A DNA stretch of 64,000 nucleotides, counting the filler, from Reclinomonas americana ATCC 50394 (lineage: Eukaryota), in assembly GCA_048213135.1 (NCBI GenBank). It is 14 parts of 14 records of this genome, joined end to end, with 100 filler letters (N's around TTAATTAATTAA, not from the genome) between each part and the next. Parts side by side here need not be neighbours in the genome. Positions count along the whole stretch, not along the records: positions 63,000 to 64,000 come from AFZH01017690.1; 13 more parts are not named here. The stretch is one strand, 5' to 3'. A program made the position numbers and the translations under genes. The notes under the pieces are model-generated. The model made no database searches and had not been told where the DNA came from. It saw nothing but the letters and a program-made list of their open reading frames with translations. Position 1 is the first letter of the stretch; every line of letters begins with the position of its first letter. This document shows, in pieces, positions 62,900 through 64,000 of the stretch.

Positions 62900-62999
62900 N
62901 NNNNNNNNNNNNNNNNNNNNNNNNNNNNNNNNNNNNNNNNNNNTTAATTAATTAANNNNNNNNNNNNNNNNNNNNNNNNNNNNNNNNNNNNNNNNNNNN

Positions 63000-63746
63000 C
63001 CGGCACCACCAGCTGCATTCCCACTCAGTCCCGTGCCGGCTTTTGAGCCAATCTTTGCAAACTCGGCCGGTCGTTTCCGCAGCTGAATGTAGCGGTCGGG
63101 TTCTTCACCCTGCATCGCACACAAAGGCAAGTCAATAAGCGGCGGCACGCACTCCCTTTTTGTACAAAAGTGACACCAAACCTTGCTCTCGTGCATAATG
63201 CCGTAGTGTTCGGCCACTTGGTGCACGATCCGCCGCTGCATGCGATCGAGCGACGCCGGGAAAGAGAGTTCCGTCTGCCTAAAGTTGTCGAGGAAGTCCT
63301 TGACGCGATCGTGCAGCTCCTTTACCACCGGGTGTGACAGCTGGAACTCGCCTGGTGCACAAAACAACAAGTGTGGGTCAGCGAGGGTTTCCACCTCCTC
63401 CTTCCCCTGCCCACGCCACCATTCCTCACCAATGCGCGCAGGGGTGCCTCCAGCAGAGCCACTCCCACCACCACCACCACCACCACCACCTATGCCAGCC
63501 GAGGAGCCAGGTGACGAGCCGAGCATGCCCGCCGACGATCGTGGGAATGATGAGGAGCCACTGCCGACACTGCCACTCGCTGCGCCAGCAATCGCCACGC
63601 CACCCTGCTGCTGCTTTCGCAGTGCTTGCTTGGCCTCGCGTTTTTGCTGCTCGGGTGACACCTTGCGATACTCGACGCGGACCTTGCGGCCCATCACCTC
63701 TTCACCTTCCACGGCTTGGTAGGCGCGAATGCCTTCCTCGAGGGTG
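63000..63746 (-). CDS. RRM + R3H RNA-binding protein (Pin4/Cip2-like), partial
   Basis: RRM end (GEEVMGRKVRVEYRK), a Gly/Ser linker, then R3H ELSFPASLDRMQRRIVHQVAEHYGIMHESK-GEEPDRYIQL with RxxxH. Confidence 0.8.
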
Positions 63747-64000
63747 CTGCGAGGAGAGGGAGAAGGATGAGGAGGGGAGGGGAAGGGTGGGAGAGGGAAA
63801 GGGAGGGAGATGCAAAGGAGAGGGAGGGGGGGAGGGAGGGAGGCAGGCAAGGATGGATTGAGAGGGAGAGTGGGAGGGGAGGGAGAGGGAGGGAAAGGGT
63901 GCGAAGAGGGCAACGAAAAAGGAAAGGAGACAGAGAAAGGAGGAGTGAGATGAAGGGAGAGCGTGCGGGAGGCAAGAGAGAAGGTGGAGACAAGCCGATC

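Noticed and set aside
8033..62999. Recurrent TTAATTAATTAA motif
   Set aside because: Always centred in 100-nt N linkers; an artificial six-frame stop spacer.

Overview
Intron-dense eukaryotic (protist-like; organism not identified) scaffold made of 14 contigs. The contigs are joined by 13 artificial 100-nt linkers (N44-TTAATTAATTAA-N44). The ORF track is mostly spurious, so genes were rebuilt by hand-splicing. Gene order: Pkr1-like ER protein (+); mitochondrion-targeted monofunctional formate-THF ligase (-); atypical homeodomain protein (-); a tandem family of four paralogous genes (8.1-33.4 kb, +) encoding nuclear-looking proteins built from 4-5 copies of an unrecognised ~200-aa module (19 modules in total); fused YeeE/YedE-type transporter with a frameshift (-); SUMF1/FGE-family gene (-); giant LamG-SPRY-HECT E3 ligase (+); repeat/lectin/EGF/vanadium-haloperoxidase-like gene (+); XRCC4 (+); a possible TTC12-like gene (+); an RRM-R3H gene (-). 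Two signals stand out. (1) The modular repeat family has a fixed scaffold and a hypervariable, helically periodic segment, suggesting a programmable nucleic-acid-binding array. (2) The HECT catalytic motif HTCFFSLDLP can be assembled from four consecutive 1-nt exons plus two 4-nt exons, in a genome that also shows an unusual GTTGCG donor class. All splicing and domain calls are by eye and untested.
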